Below, one piece after another: positions 1-8,255 of a DNA stretch of 64,000 bases. The notes below the pieces were generated by a model. That model saw only the letters and a program-made list of their open reading frames with translations, ran no database searches and was not told where the DNA came from. Positions within the stretch are counted from its first letter, which is position 1; each line of letters opens with the position of its first letter. The DNA is from Chloroflexota bacterium (lineage in GTDB: Bacteria; Chloroflexota; Dormibacteria; Dormibacterales; Dormibacteraceae): positions 4,961-68,960 of the forward strand of contig VBHA01000065.1 of NCBI GenBank assembly GCA_005889495.1, given 5' to 3'. The position numbers and the translations under genes were made by a program.

Positions 1-1824
1 ACGCTGGAGGCCGGCAGCGACTTCGAGCTCCTGGTCGAGTACCTCCGCGACTCGCGCGGATTCGATTTCACGGGCTACAAGCGCGCCAGCCTGATGCGGC
101 GGGTCGCCCAGCGATGCAAGGAGCTCGGGTTCGACGACTTCCGGACCTACCACGACTACCTCCAGGTCCACGCCGACGAGTTCGCGACTCTCTTCGACAA
201 GATCCTGATCAACGTCACCGAGTTCTTCCGGGACCGCGAAAGCTGGGACTACTTGAAAGCCAACGTCGTGCCTCGGATCACGGCCAAGACGGGAGACATC
301 CGGGTCTGGAGCGCCGGGTCGTCTTCGGGAGAGGAGGCCTACTCGGCTGCCATGCTCCTGTGCGACGCGGTGGGGGAGAAGAGCTTTCTCGACCACGTCA
401 AGATCTACGCGACCGACGTCGACGAACAGGCCCTCAGCAAGGCTCGCTACGGCTACTCCTCCAAGGAGATGGCCTCGGTGGAGGAAAGCCTCAGGGAGCG
501 CTACTTCGACCGCGTCGGCGACCGCTTCGTCTTCCGGGCCGCCCTGCGGCGCGCGATCATCTTCGGCCGGCACGACCTCACGCAGGACGCGCCCATCTCC
601 CGGCTCGACCTCCTGATCTGCCGCAACACGCTCATCTATTTCACGGCCGAGACCCAGGGCCGCATCCTGGCGCGTTTTCACTACGCCCTCAACGACGACG
701 GCTACCTGTTTCTGGGCCGGGCGGAGATGCTGCTCACGCATACGGCCCTGTTCAGGCCGGTCGACCTGAAGGAGCGCATCTTCACCAAGGTGGCAAAGCT
801 CCAGCTCCGGGAACGGCTGGTGCTGCTGGCGCAGTCGGGCAGCCTCGAGGCTACGAACCACGTGGCCCGGCAGTTGCGCGTCCGAGAGCTCACCACCGAA
901 GGCACCCCGAACGCGCAGGTCGTCGTCGATGCTCAAGGCATCCTGCTCAGCGCCAACCTTCCGGCACGCGAGCTGTTCGACATCCCCGTCACGGACATCG
1001 GACGCGCGCTGAAAGACCTCGAGCTCTCGTACCGGCCGGTCGACCTGCGAAGCCCGATCGACCGTGTTGGCCGAGACCACCGAACGGTATCGATTCAGAA
1101 CGTCGAGCTGAAGCGCGCCGACGGATCGCTGGGGGTCTTCGACGTCCACGTCGCTCCCCTGAACGATGACGACGGTTCATTGGTGGGTATGGCGATCAAC
1201 TTCGTCGACGTTTCCAACCAGGTCGAGATGCGCCGCGACCTCGATCGGCTGAGGCAGGAGCTCCAGTCGAGCCGAGAGGAGCTCGAGACCACGAACGAGG
1301 AGCTCCAGTCGACTGTGGAGGAGCTGGAGACGACGAACGAGGAGCTTCAGTCGACCAACGAGGAGCTCGAGACGTTGAACGAAGAGCTCGAGTCGACCAA
1401 CTCGGAGCTGCAGAGCATCAACAACGACCTGAGCTCGCGCACAGGCGAGATCGAGCGGCTGAACACGCTATTGCTCGCCATCACGGGCAACATCGAGGTC
1501 GGCGCCGCGGTGCTGGACCGGACCGGACGTGTCCAGGTCTGGAACGAGCGCGCCGCCGACCTGTGGGGAGTCCGCTCCGACGAGGTGGTGGGCAGCTCGT
1601 TCTTCGAGCTCGACATCGGCCTGCCCGCCGAGAAGCTGAGGGGGCTCGTGGAGGCCGGAGCGGGTGGCCGTCCCCGTCACGACGAGCTCGAGGTCGTGGC
1701 GAGGACCCGGAGGGGGCGTCAGATCCGCTGCCGGGTCGTGGCGCACACGCTGGGCGACGGCGAGGCTGCCAGCGGTGTGGTGCTGGTGATGGAGGAGCTG
1801 AAGCCTGACGACCTGGCGGACTAG
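1..1824 (+). CDS. CheR-type protein-glutamate methyltransferase fused to a coiled-coil linker and a PAS-like domain (5' partial)
   Basis: ORF 94..1824 stays open in the same frame back to nt 1 (TLEAGSDFELLVEYLRDSRGFDFTGYKRASL). CheR SAM-methyltransferase motifs are present (EFFRD, VWSAGSSSGEEAYS, LICRNTLIYF). An EELETTNEELQSTNEELE heptad linker and a PAS-like C-terminus follow. Confidence 0.85.
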   Translation, partial: TLEAGSDFELLVEYLRDSRGFDFTGYKRASLMRRVAQRCKELGFDDFRTYHDYLQVHADEFATLFDKILINVTEFFRDRESWDYLKANVVPRITAKTGDIRVWSAGSSSGEEAYSAAMLLCDAVGEKSFLDHVKIYATDVDEQALSKARYGYSSKEMASVEESLRERYFDRVGDRFVFRAALRRAIIFGRHDLTQDAPISRLDLLICRNTLIYFTAETQGRILARFHYALNDDGYLFLGRAEMLLTHTALFRPVDLKERIFTKVAKLQLRERLVLLAQSGSLEATNHVARQLRVRELTTEGTPNAQVVVDAQGILLSANLPARELFDIPVTDIGRALKDLELSYRPVDLRSPIDRVGRDHRTVSIQNVELKRADGSLGVFDVHVAPLNDDDGSLVGMAINFVDVSNQVEMRRDLDRLRQELQSSREELETTNEELQSTVEELETTNEELQSTNEELETLNEELESTNSELQSINNDLSSRTGEIERLNTLLLAITGNIEVGAAVLDRTGRVQVWNERAADLWGVRSDEVVGSSFFELDIGLPAEKLRGLVEAGAGGRPRHDELEVVARTRRGRQIRCRVVAHTLGDGEAASGVVLVMEELKPDDLAD

Positions 1825-2234
1825 GCGACAGGCGTCAACGCGGTTCGAATCGACGCCCGCCATTCGGACCTGAGCTGCTCCAGCATCTCGACCTCCGCCG
1901 CGAGCTCGTATCTCTCAGTCGGGGGCATGTCGCCCGAGGCCTCCCGCAGCGACGTCGACAGCCGGTCGGCAACCTCAGCCAGGCGTTTGTAGGCGACCGG
2001 CCAGTAACCCGGCGTGTTGGGCGAGCCCCAGGCAAGAACCGAGAACGAGTAAGAGTTCTGGGCGGTGCGCGTTTCATTGCGCATGTGCTCGACCCGGTCA
2101 CGCAGCTCTTCGACCGGCTGCTGTCGCATGCGGCGCTCGAGCGTGGCGAGGATCAGGCGTTTTGACTGCAGCAGGGACAGCCTGGCCGAGATCAGGGTCT
2201 CCGCGATCGATGGCCTGGCCGCGATCTGGGTCAT
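1821..2234 (-). CDS. hypothetical helical protein, co-operonic with the upstream winged-helix regulator
   Basis: 137-aa ORF. Its ATG overlaps the stop of gene 2231..2770 (ATGA at 2231-2234). No family recognised. Confidence 0.5.
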   Translation of the reverse strand: MTQIAARPSIAETLISARLSLLQSKRLILATLERRMRQQPVEELRDRVEHMRNETRTAQNSYSFSVLAWGSPNTPGYWPVAYKRLAEVADRLSTSLREASGDMPPTERYELAAEVEMLEQLRSEWRASIRTALTPVA

Positions 2235-2770
2235 GTCTCGGCCACGCCGATGCCCGCGGTGATGCCGTATCCACGGTTCCGGACGACCGTGATCACCTCT
2301 TCCAGGCCGACCTCTCGAAGCCTGCTCCGCAACCTCATGATGTAGGTCCGGACCTGGGCGTCGGAGAGCCGCGAGTTCTGCCAGGCGAGGGTCGCGAGCT
2401 GCTTGCTCGTGAACGGACGGCGCGGGTGGCGCAGGAGGAAGTCGAGAAGGTCGGCCTCACGCCGGGTCAGTCGCAACGCTTTGCCGGCGTAGGTCAGGGT
2501 GTGGTCCTTGCGGTCGATCACGACGCCCGCCAGCTCGGCGTGGCGGTCTCGCCATCGCCCGAGGCGCTCTTCGACCCACTCCAGGTTGCGGTGCAGCTCC
2601 AGGGCCTCGGGCGATCCGTTGGCGCGGGTGATCACGGAGCGGAGGACCGCGGCCATCTCCTCGTAGATCGAGATCCAGCCCGCGACCTCCGGCAGGACCG
2701 AAGTGGTCAGGTCCTCGCCCGGAAAGTCCTTCCAGGCACGGCTCAATTCCGGCTCCACCCTGGCCTCCAT
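2231..2770 (-). CDS. receiver-less OmpR/PhoB-type winged-helix transcriptional regulator
   Basis: The C-terminus reads LTRREADLLDFLLRHPRRPFTSKQL...YIMRLRSRL...RNRGYGI (trans_reg_C-like). The N-terminal ~95 aa is helical and is not a REC domain. It is a paralog of 59352..59894. Confidence 0.75.
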   Translation of the reverse strand: MEARVEPELSRAWKDFPGEDLTTSVLPEVAGWISIYEEMAAVLRSVITRANGSPEALELHRNLEWVEERLGRWRDRHAELAGVVIDRKDHTLTYAGKALRLTRREADLLDFLLRHPRRPFTSKQLATLAWQNSRLSDAQVRTYIMRLRSRLREVGLEEVITVVRNRGYGITAGIGVAET

Positions 2771-2854
2771 GACTCGAATCTACACCCCTCACCCCAATTC
2801 GGCACAGGTTTTTAGACCCCCAATGTTGCGTATGACCTCCTATGGTGACGTCGG

Positions 2855-3122
2855 CATGGCTGCAGGGAGCAGCAGGACTAGTTCACTACGCCGGGGGGCA
2901 ACGACCGGGCAAGGGGCCAAGGTCCGGAGGGAGGGTCTGGCCCCTTTGCCATCTCTGCAGGTCTATGTCCCGGCGATTGACAGCCTGGAAGAGATCTGCG
3001 GGTGGCTCGGAACGTTCCGCGAGAGGCTGCGCCTGGCGCGGACGGAAGATCGCCCCAACGTCGAGGCTGTCGTCCAAGAGCTTGAGGCCCGTTACCAGAT
3101 GAGGCGGGCTGAGCTCTCCTGA
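2855..3122 (+). CDS. possible small hypothetical protein upstream of the response regulator
   Basis: In-frame ATG inside ORF 2703..3122. The C-terminal half (AIDSLEEICGWLGTFRERLRLARTEDRPNVEAVVQELEARYQ) looks protein-like. The stop lies 8 nt before the RR start. Start and reality are both uncertain. Confidence 0.25.
2908..2950 (+). other. strong imperfect hairpin (12 bp stem, 18-nt purine-rich loop)
   Basis: GGCAAGGGGCCA (2908-2919) pairs with TGGCCCCTTTGCC (2938-2950), leaving one bulged T. The loop is aggtccggagggagggtc. Confidence 0.5.
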
Positions 3123-3130
3123 CTCCGGCG

Positions 3131-3820
3131 ATGAGCCAGCTCAAGTCTCCGAAGGCGCCTCCCGCGATCATCTCCGTGGATGGCCATCGCCGGCCGATCC
3201 GCGTGGTCATCGTCGAGAACCATCAGCTGGTTTCCGAGAGCCTCGGACTGCTGCTGGACGGGCAGAGGGACATGGCGGTGGTCGGCCAGGCCGCCTCGGT
3301 CGCCGGCGCCGCGGCGCTGCCGCGCATGCTGGCACCCGACGTGGTCGTCATGGATTTCCATCTCAACGACGGGACGGGACACGACGCCGCCCTGGCGATG
3401 CGCGAGATCTTTCCGAGCACGAGGTTTGTGTTCTTGAGCCGGGACGGCGGCGATGACGCCCGCCTGGCGGCGATCGAAGCCGGCGCCAGCGCCTACGTGC
3501 TGAAGTCCAGCCCGGGGTCCGAGGTCATCGCCGCGATCAGGAACGTGGCCAAGGGTGGAAGCCTCATCCCGCCCGCGATGATCGCCCGGCTCGTCAGCCG
3601 AGGCAAGGACCGCCAGCACATGCGGGGGAGCCTGAGCGCGCGCGAGCGCGAGGTGCTGCAGCTGCTGGCCGACGGCGTGCCGACACGCCAGGTCGCCCAC
3701 CGGCTTGGGATCAGCTACTCGACCGTCCGCACCCACGTCCGGTCGATCAGCGCCAAGCTCGGCACGCATTCTCTTGTGAACACGGTGGTGGCCGCCCGTG
3801 AGCTGGAGCTTGTCAACTAG
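3131..3820 (+). CDS. NarL/FixJ-family response regulator (REC + LuxR HTH), orphan
   Basis: REC features are VVVMDFHLNDGTG (acceptor Asp), FLSRDG and YVLKSS. The LuxR HTH reads LSAREREVLQLLADGVPTRQVAHRLGISYSTVRTHVRSI. No kinase gene is adjacent. Confidence 0.9.
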   Translation: MSQLKSPKAPPAIISVDGHRRPIRVVIVENHQLVSESLGLLLDGQRDMAVVGQAASVAGAAALPRMLAPDVVVMDFHLNDGTGHDAALAMREIFPSTRFVFLSRDGGDDARLAAIEAGASAYVLKSSPGSEVIAAIRNVAKGGSLIPPAMIARLVSRGKDRQHMRGSLSAREREVLQLLADGVPTRQVAHRLGISYSTVRTHVRSISAKLGTHSLVNTVVAARELELVN

Positions 3821-3829
3821 CCCGCGGGC

Positions 3830-4540
3830 CTAGTTGAGGAACGTCCCGATCCGCAACCCGAAGAGGTCGGGGTGCGCCTTCAGTGCACGCAGCAGCGCCA
3901 CGCCACCAAACTCACGGGCGTCGTACTGACAGATGACCACCACCGGATAGCGCTTCGACAGCAGCTCGAACGCCTCCTCATACCGAAGCATCTCGTCCTC
4001 GGACCGGAACATGGTTCGCTCGCACGACATCTCGCCGACGATGCGGAGCGGGGCACCCCTGCCGGCGATGAGCTCCGAAAAGCGGCGCTCCCACTCGGCG
4101 ATGGCCTCCGCGGCGGTCGCGCCGGCGAAAAGGATCGGAGTGATCATCCCATCGGGAGGATCTCCAAGGGCCGCGACGTACCGCGAGAGCAGCGGCTCGG
4201 TGGCCACGAGCAGACAGGGCTGTCCGAGCCTCATGCCGTCTGCCAGGAACGGCACCGACAATCGCAGCCCGCCTTCATCGGTGCTGTAGAACGTCGCGAG
4301 GTGTCCGGGGACAGGCGCCGACGCGCCGCCGATCCTGACCACGCCGTCGGGCCGCGCATCTCGGGAGGCATCAAGCAAAGCCAGGAGGTCGGACTCCTTG
4401 AATCGCCGTTCGCGGCGGCCGCCGACCCGGCTTACCGCAAGCCGTCCTGAGTCTGCCCAGCGCCGAATCGACGCCTGGCTGACACGCAAGAAGCGCGCGG
4501 CCTCCGCAGTGTTCAGCAATCCTTCAGTGGTGTGCTTCAC
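3830..4540 (-). CDS. HTH (MerR/excisionase-type) + MEDS-like sensory domain protein
   Basis: The N-terminus LLNTAEAARFLRVSQASIRRWADSGRL is an excisionase-type HTH. The C-terminal ~160 aa (HLATFYSTDEG...VVICQYD) resembles a MEDS/DcmR domain. Confidence 0.7.
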   Translation of the reverse strand: MKHTTEGLLNTAEAARFLRVSQASIRRWADSGRLAVSRVGGRRERRFKESDLLALLDASRDARPDGVVRIGGASAPVPGHLATFYSTDEGGLRLSVPFLADGMRLGQPCLLVATEPLLSRYVAALGDPPDGMITPILFAGATAAEAIAEWERRFSELIAGRGAPLRIVGEMSCERTMFRSEDEMLRYEEAFELLSKRYPVVVICQYDAREFGGVALLRALKAHPDLFGLRIGTFLN

Positions 4541-4595
4541 TGTAAGTTGTGATACGCAATCCTATCCAGCTGTAGCCTAAAGTCCAGTATGAAAG

Positions 4596-5327
4596 GTGAC
4601 TAAATTCGAGGACAGAACAGCCGCTGAGGCCCTGCCAGGGACGGCCTGGCTCGACTCCGCCCGCGGTCGTGGCATCCTCGGCCGGCTGTCGGATGAGCTG
4701 GTCGCGGCCCTCATCCGAGGCGCGCAGCGTGTGGAGTACCCGGCTGGTTCCGTCGGCCTGCGCTACGACGAGACCCCGAAGGCCGCGATCGTGCTGAATG
4801 GAACGCTGCGTTCGTTCATCTCTTATCCCGACGGCAGTCAGGCGACGACGCGCTACCTCAGGGCTGGGGACCTGACGGGCGTGTTCGCTCCTCGCCGGCC
4901 TGTGCTTGCGAGGGGCGTCCAGGCAATAGCGCAGAGCGAGCTGCTGTTCGTCGCTGCCGAAAGGATCAGGGAGCTAGCCCTCGCGGAGCCGTCATTTGCG
5001 TGGGCCTTGATCGAGGAGCTGACCACCGTTCTGAATCTGACGCAGCGGGCGATGTACCTTCGGGCGTTCGCCACGGTGCGCCAGCGAGTCGTCTGCGCGA
5101 TCGTGGACCGGGCGACCGCGTCAGGTGCTTTGAGGGTGGGCCAGACCGTCGTGGGGACACAGCAGGACCTTGCCATCGCGGTCGGCTCAGTGCGCGAGGT
5201 GGTCGCCACCACCCTGGGCAGCCTGAAGCACGAGGGCCTTGTCGACCTGCGGCGGGGCGGGCTGGTCATCCTGGATCCCGACCGACTCGTCAAAGAGGCG
5301 GATGCCGTCGTCGGCGGTGTCGGCTGA
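4596..5327 (+). CDS. Crp/Fnr-family transcriptional regulator
   Basis: A cNMP-binding-like beta-roll (GTLRSFISYPDGSQATTRYLRAGDLTGVF) is followed by a C-terminal HTH (TQQDLAIAVGSVREVVATTLGSLKHEGLV). GTG start. Confidence 0.85.
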   Translation: MTKFEDRTAAEALPGTAWLDSARGRGILGRLSDELVAALIRGAQRVEYPAGSVGLRYDETPKAAIVLNGTLRSFISYPDGSQATTRYLRAGDLTGVFAPRRPVLARGVQAIAQSELLFVAAERIRELALAEPSFAWALIEELTTVLNLTQRAMYLRAFATVRQRVVCAIVDRATASGALRVGQTVVGTQQDLAIAVGSVREVVATTLGSLKHEGLVDLRRGGLVILDPDRLVKEADAVVGGVG

Positions 5328-5343
5328 CCCCAGCTCGCCCCCG

Positions 5344-5625
5344 CTACGTTTTTCTACCGCCTGGGATCTTGTTGAGCGGTCCTGAACCTGTCCTCCCTGA
5401 CCTCAGCCAGTCGATGCAGTCTGCGCATACGACCTCGGTTGCTTCTCCAGGCGGGCCAAGCGACGATCGCGCGATCCCGCACAGCGACGCCTCCGCCCCG
5501 GCCCGCACCAGGTGCAGGATCCCGCCGCGGGCATCATCACCGGTGCGAATCATGCGGACTCGATACTCGTGTTCGGGCACGACGGAGACAGTGACGGATA
5601 AACGCTGATCCGGCAAGGGTGGCAA
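5344..5625 (-). CDS. small hypothetical Cys-containing protein
   Basis: 93-aa ORF, last in the minus-strand DJ-1/PIG-L/YjbQ gene string. It carries an LCG...VVCADC pattern. Start is uncertain (TTG 5625, or an internal GTG/ATG). Confidence 0.35.
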   Translation of the reverse strand: MPPLPDQRLSVTVSVVPEHEYRVRMIRTGDDARGGILHLVRAGAEASLCGIARSSLGPPGEATEVVCADCIDWLRSGRTGSGPLNKIPGGRKT

Positions 5626-5651
5626 TTACCGAGCCGTGTGATCTATCTCAC

Positions 5652-6053
5652 TCAGACCGCGGAGACGGCCACCTCCACCTGCCTGGTCCGAGGACCGTCC
5701 CATTCGCACAGGAAGATCGCCTGCCAGGTGCCGAGCGCGAGCTTGCCGCCGCGCACCGGGGCCATGCAGGAAGGCCCGACAAGGACTGTCTTGATGTGCG
5801 CGTCCGAATTGCCCTCGGCGTGTTCGAACGCAGCCTCCTTGGGAACGAGCTCCCTCAGGTGGGACTCGATGTCCGCGGCCACGTCGGGGTCGGCGCCCTC
5901 GTTGATGGTCACGCCGGCGGTCGTGTGTGGGACGAAGACGTGGCAGGTCCCGTCAATCACCCCCGCGTTTTCGACGGCCTCCGCGACGCGCGCCGTGATA
6001 TCCACCAGCTGTGCCCGGCGGGCGGTCTTGACCTGGAACGTGAGCCAGCTCAC
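5652..6053 (-). CDS. YjbQ/UPF0047 family protein (secondary thiamine-phosphate synthase-like)
   Basis: Family-typical sequence along the full length (VFVPHTTAGVTINEGADPDV, NSDAHIK, GTWQAIFLCEWDGPR). The GTG start overlaps the upstream stop (GTGA). Confidence 0.9.
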   Translation of the reverse strand: MSWLTFQVKTARRAQLVDITARVAEAVENAGVIDGTCHVFVPHTTAGVTINEGADPDVAADIESHLRELVPKEAAFEHAEGNSDAHIKTVLVGPSCMAPVRGGKLALGTWQAIFLCEWDGPRTRQVEVAVSAV

Positions 6054-6655
6054 TTAATGACCAGGTCCCAGTAACGCTCGGGCTGATAAGCGTCGTCCAA
6101 GAGCCCGCCGAGGCCGTGTACCTGGCTCGCGTAGCAGGTCACCGCGGCGCGCTTGGCATCGGCACTCTCCACCTGCAGCGGCCGGAGGCTATAGCCCGCG
6201 TCCGCCAGGCGTGAGACCACCTCCTCCATGGCTCCCGGCGTGCTCCGGTAGATCGCGTCCTCATAGATGATCCAGCGCACCGAGGGCAGCGAGCGTGCGA
6301 CGTCGAAGCACGCCTGCGCTGTGACCAGGTGGTCTGGGTGCTCGAGCCCCAACGGCGAGGCGACGAGCTCGCCACCGTCGACCGCGGCCCGTATCGCCGC
6401 GGCCACGTCGTCGCGCTCCGGCGGCTTGCCGTCAGCGTACTGGCGGTCGAGGAAGTCCAGCCACAGCGCCGACGCGCCCAGGTGCTCGAGCGCGATCTCG
6501 TCCTCCTGGCGGCGCCGGCCGACCACATCGTCTCCCTCGCTGAAACCGCACCGCCGGTCCCACTCCGTCAGCGGATGAGGGCCGGGACGGCCGGCCGTCA
6601 CGCTTACCACGAGGGCGCCCGGGTGTGCGGCCACAAGGCCTGCGCACCCGAGCAC
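6050..6655 (-). CDS. PIG-L/LmbE-family deacetylase (true start probably upstream of 6655)
   Basis: LmbE-like fold sequence. The conserved N-terminal motif [16 protein letters not shown] is encoded in-frame at 6685..6641, which is partly upstream of the first canonical start (GTG 6655). Confidence 0.8.
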   Translation of the reverse strand: MLGCAGLVAAHPGALVVSVTAGRPGPHPLTEWDRRCGFSEGDDVVGRRRQEDEIALEHLGASALWLDFLDRQYADGKPPERDDVAAAIRAAVDGGELVASPLGLEHPDHLVTAQACFDVARSLPSVRWIIYEDAIYRSTPGAMEEVVSRLADAGYSLRPLQVESADAKRAAVTCYASQVHGLGGLLDDAYQPERYWDLVIK

Positions 6656-6684
6656 GACGTCATCGAGGTGCGGGGAGATTGCGA

Positions 6685-7209
6685 CTAACGGCGGGCGGGG
6701 ACTTGCTCCATGACCTTCAGCGATTCCCTGATGAAAGCAGGTATGTCCGACGGCTGGCGGGAGGTGACCAGGTTGCGGTCGACCACGACCTCCTGGTCGA
6801 CGACGTCGGCGCCCGCCTTCTTCAGGTCTCCCTGGATCGTCTTCCAGGCGGTCATGCGGTGGTTTTTGTGCTGTGCGGCCGTGAGCAGGAGCTGTGGGCC
6901 GTGGCAGATCGCGAGCACAGGCTTGCCCGCCTTCATGAAGCTGTCGACGAAGGCGACGGCCTCATCGTGCGCGCGGAGCTTGTCCGGGCTCGAGCCGCCG
7001 GGGATGAAGAGGGCGTCGAAGTCGTCCGGCTTTACATCTCTGAACGACCGGTCGACGGTGGCCTTGACCTTGCCCTTGTCGCCCTCGAGCTGGGCGCCCG
7101 CCTCCAGGCCGACGATCGTGATCTCATTTCCTGCCTTCCGGAAGGCGTCGTACGGATCTTTGAACTCGGAGTCCTCGAACTTGGGGCCGAGCACACAGGC
7201 GATCTTCAT
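6685..7209 (-). CDS. DJ-1/PfpI-family protein (intracellular protease/amidase type)
   Basis: Nucleophile elbow AICHGPQLL, plus [11 protein letters not shown], and a typical length of 174 aa. Confidence 0.9.
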   Translation of the reverse strand: MKIACVLGPKFEDSEFKDPYDAFRKAGNEITIVGLEAGAQLEGDKGKVKATVDRSFRDVKPDDFDALFIPGGSSPDKLRAHDEAVAFVDSFMKAGKPVLAICHGPQLLLTAAQHKNHRMTAWKTIQGDLKKAGADVVDQEVVVDRNLVTSRQPSDIPAFIRESLKVMEQVPARR

Positions 7210-7267
7210 GGCAAAACCTCCTGATTCCTGGTTTCAAAAACCACCTTACGAGGTAGATCAAAGGTGC

Positions 7268-8242
7268 ATGCAAGTCCAATCCTCAGCGTCAGCGTGGCTT
7301 GACGAAGCCGACCGTGCGGACCGGGCGATCTCAGGCGAGGACACGCCCGCCCTCGGCGACGTGCTGTCCGGAATCGAGGAGCGTCCGCGACCGGCAGCCG
7401 ATCCGGCGGAGGCCGATGCCGACGCGCTTGGCGCCTACCTGCGAGAGATCGGCCGCGGCACCCTCCTGACCAAAGAGCAGGAGGTCGAGCTCGCCAAGCA
7501 GATCGAGGCCGGGTCAGATGCGGCGCGCCGCCACATGACCGAGGCGAATCTCCGCCTGGTGGTTTCCATCGCCAAGAAGTACCAGGGCCGAGGCATGCCT
7601 CTGCTCGACCTGATCCAGGAGGGCAACGTCGGCCTGATGCGGGCGGTCGCCAAGTTCGACCACCGGCGGGGCTTCAAGTTCTCCACCTACGCGACGTGGT
7701 GGATTCGCCAGGCCGTGCTGCGCGCCATCGGCGACCAGGCACGGACGATCCGGCTTCCCATCCACATCGGCGACCAGACCAACAAGCTGATCCGCGTCTC
7801 GGACCGGCTTCGCGACTCCCTCGGCCGCCAGGCGACCGACGAGGAGATCGGCGAGGAGCTGGGATTGACGCCCGTCGAGGTCGTAGCCCTTCGCCGGACG
7901 TCGCGTGACACCGTCTCGCTCGAGACCCCGATCGGCGAAGAGGGCGACACCGAGCTCGGGCACCTGATCGAGGATGCGAACGCCGAGTCGCCCGCCGCGG
8001 CGGCGCTGCAAGCCGACCTGAAGGACAGGGTCGACGACGTGCTGCGCGTGCTGGCGCCTCGCGAGCGGCGCGTCATCCAGCTCCGGTTCGGCCTGACGGA
8101 CGGTCACCAGCGGGCGCTCGACGAGGTCGCGCGGCGCATGGGGACCAGCCGGGAGACGGTGCGGCAGCTGGAGCGCATGGCGCTGGACAAGCTGCGCCGC
8201 ACCGGCAGGGCTGCGGCGCTCAGGTCGTACGCCTCCGGCTGA
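7268..8242 (+). CDS. RNA polymerase sigma-70 family factor (RpoD-like, regions 1.2-4)
   Basis: Motifs [63 protein letters not shown] and a region-4 HTH. The first ATG after the DJ-1 gene is 7268. The upstream part of ORF 6710..8242 is antisense to DJ-1. Confidence 0.9.
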   Translation: MQVQSSASAWLDEADRADRAISGEDTPALGDVLSGIEERPRPAADPAEADADALGAYLREIGRGTLLTKEQEVELAKQIEAGSDAARRHMTEANLRLVVSIAKKYQGRGMPLLDLIQEGNVGLMRAVAKFDHRRGFKFSTYATWWIRQAVLRAIGDQARTIRLPIHIGDQTNKLIRVSDRLRDSLGRQATDEEIGEELGLTPVEVVALRRTSRDTVSLETPIGEEGDTELGHLIEDANAESPAAAALQADLKDRVDDVLRVLAPRERRVIQLRFGLTDGHQRALDEVARRMGTSRETVRQLERMALDKLRRTGRAAALRSYASG

Positions 8243-8255
8243 GTAAGCTGGGCGC

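Noticed and set aside
1255-1440. Tandem-looking DNA periodicity (GAGGAGCTC...ACGAACGAGGAGCT) that might have been a repeat array.
   Set aside because: It encodes the heptad coiled-coil linker EELETTNEELQST that I recall as usual between the CheR and PAS domains in this type of fusion protein. It is coding, not a CRISPR array or a mobile repeat.
2842-3102. The alternative small ORF 2842..3102, including ATG 2965 after the hairpin.
   Set aside because: Its translation is Arg/Ser/Gly-rich (MSRRLTAWKRSAGGSERSARG...) and looks like an off-frame product. The overlapping frame 2855..3122 is more protein-like, though itself doubtful.
4569-4586. Shared words TATCCAGCT and AGCTGTAG upstream of the Crp-family gene (4569-86) and upstream of the MHS transporter (19102-27). 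They might have been a common operator.
   Set aside because: The two words occur in a different order and spacing at the two sites. With only two instances I cannot tell this from chance.
6710-7267. An N-terminal 186-aa extension of the sigma-factor ORF (6710..8242).
   Set aside because: It is antisense to the well-supported DJ-1 gene and has no sigma-like sequence. ATG 7268 lies in the intergenic region and gives a normal region 1.2-4 sigma factor.
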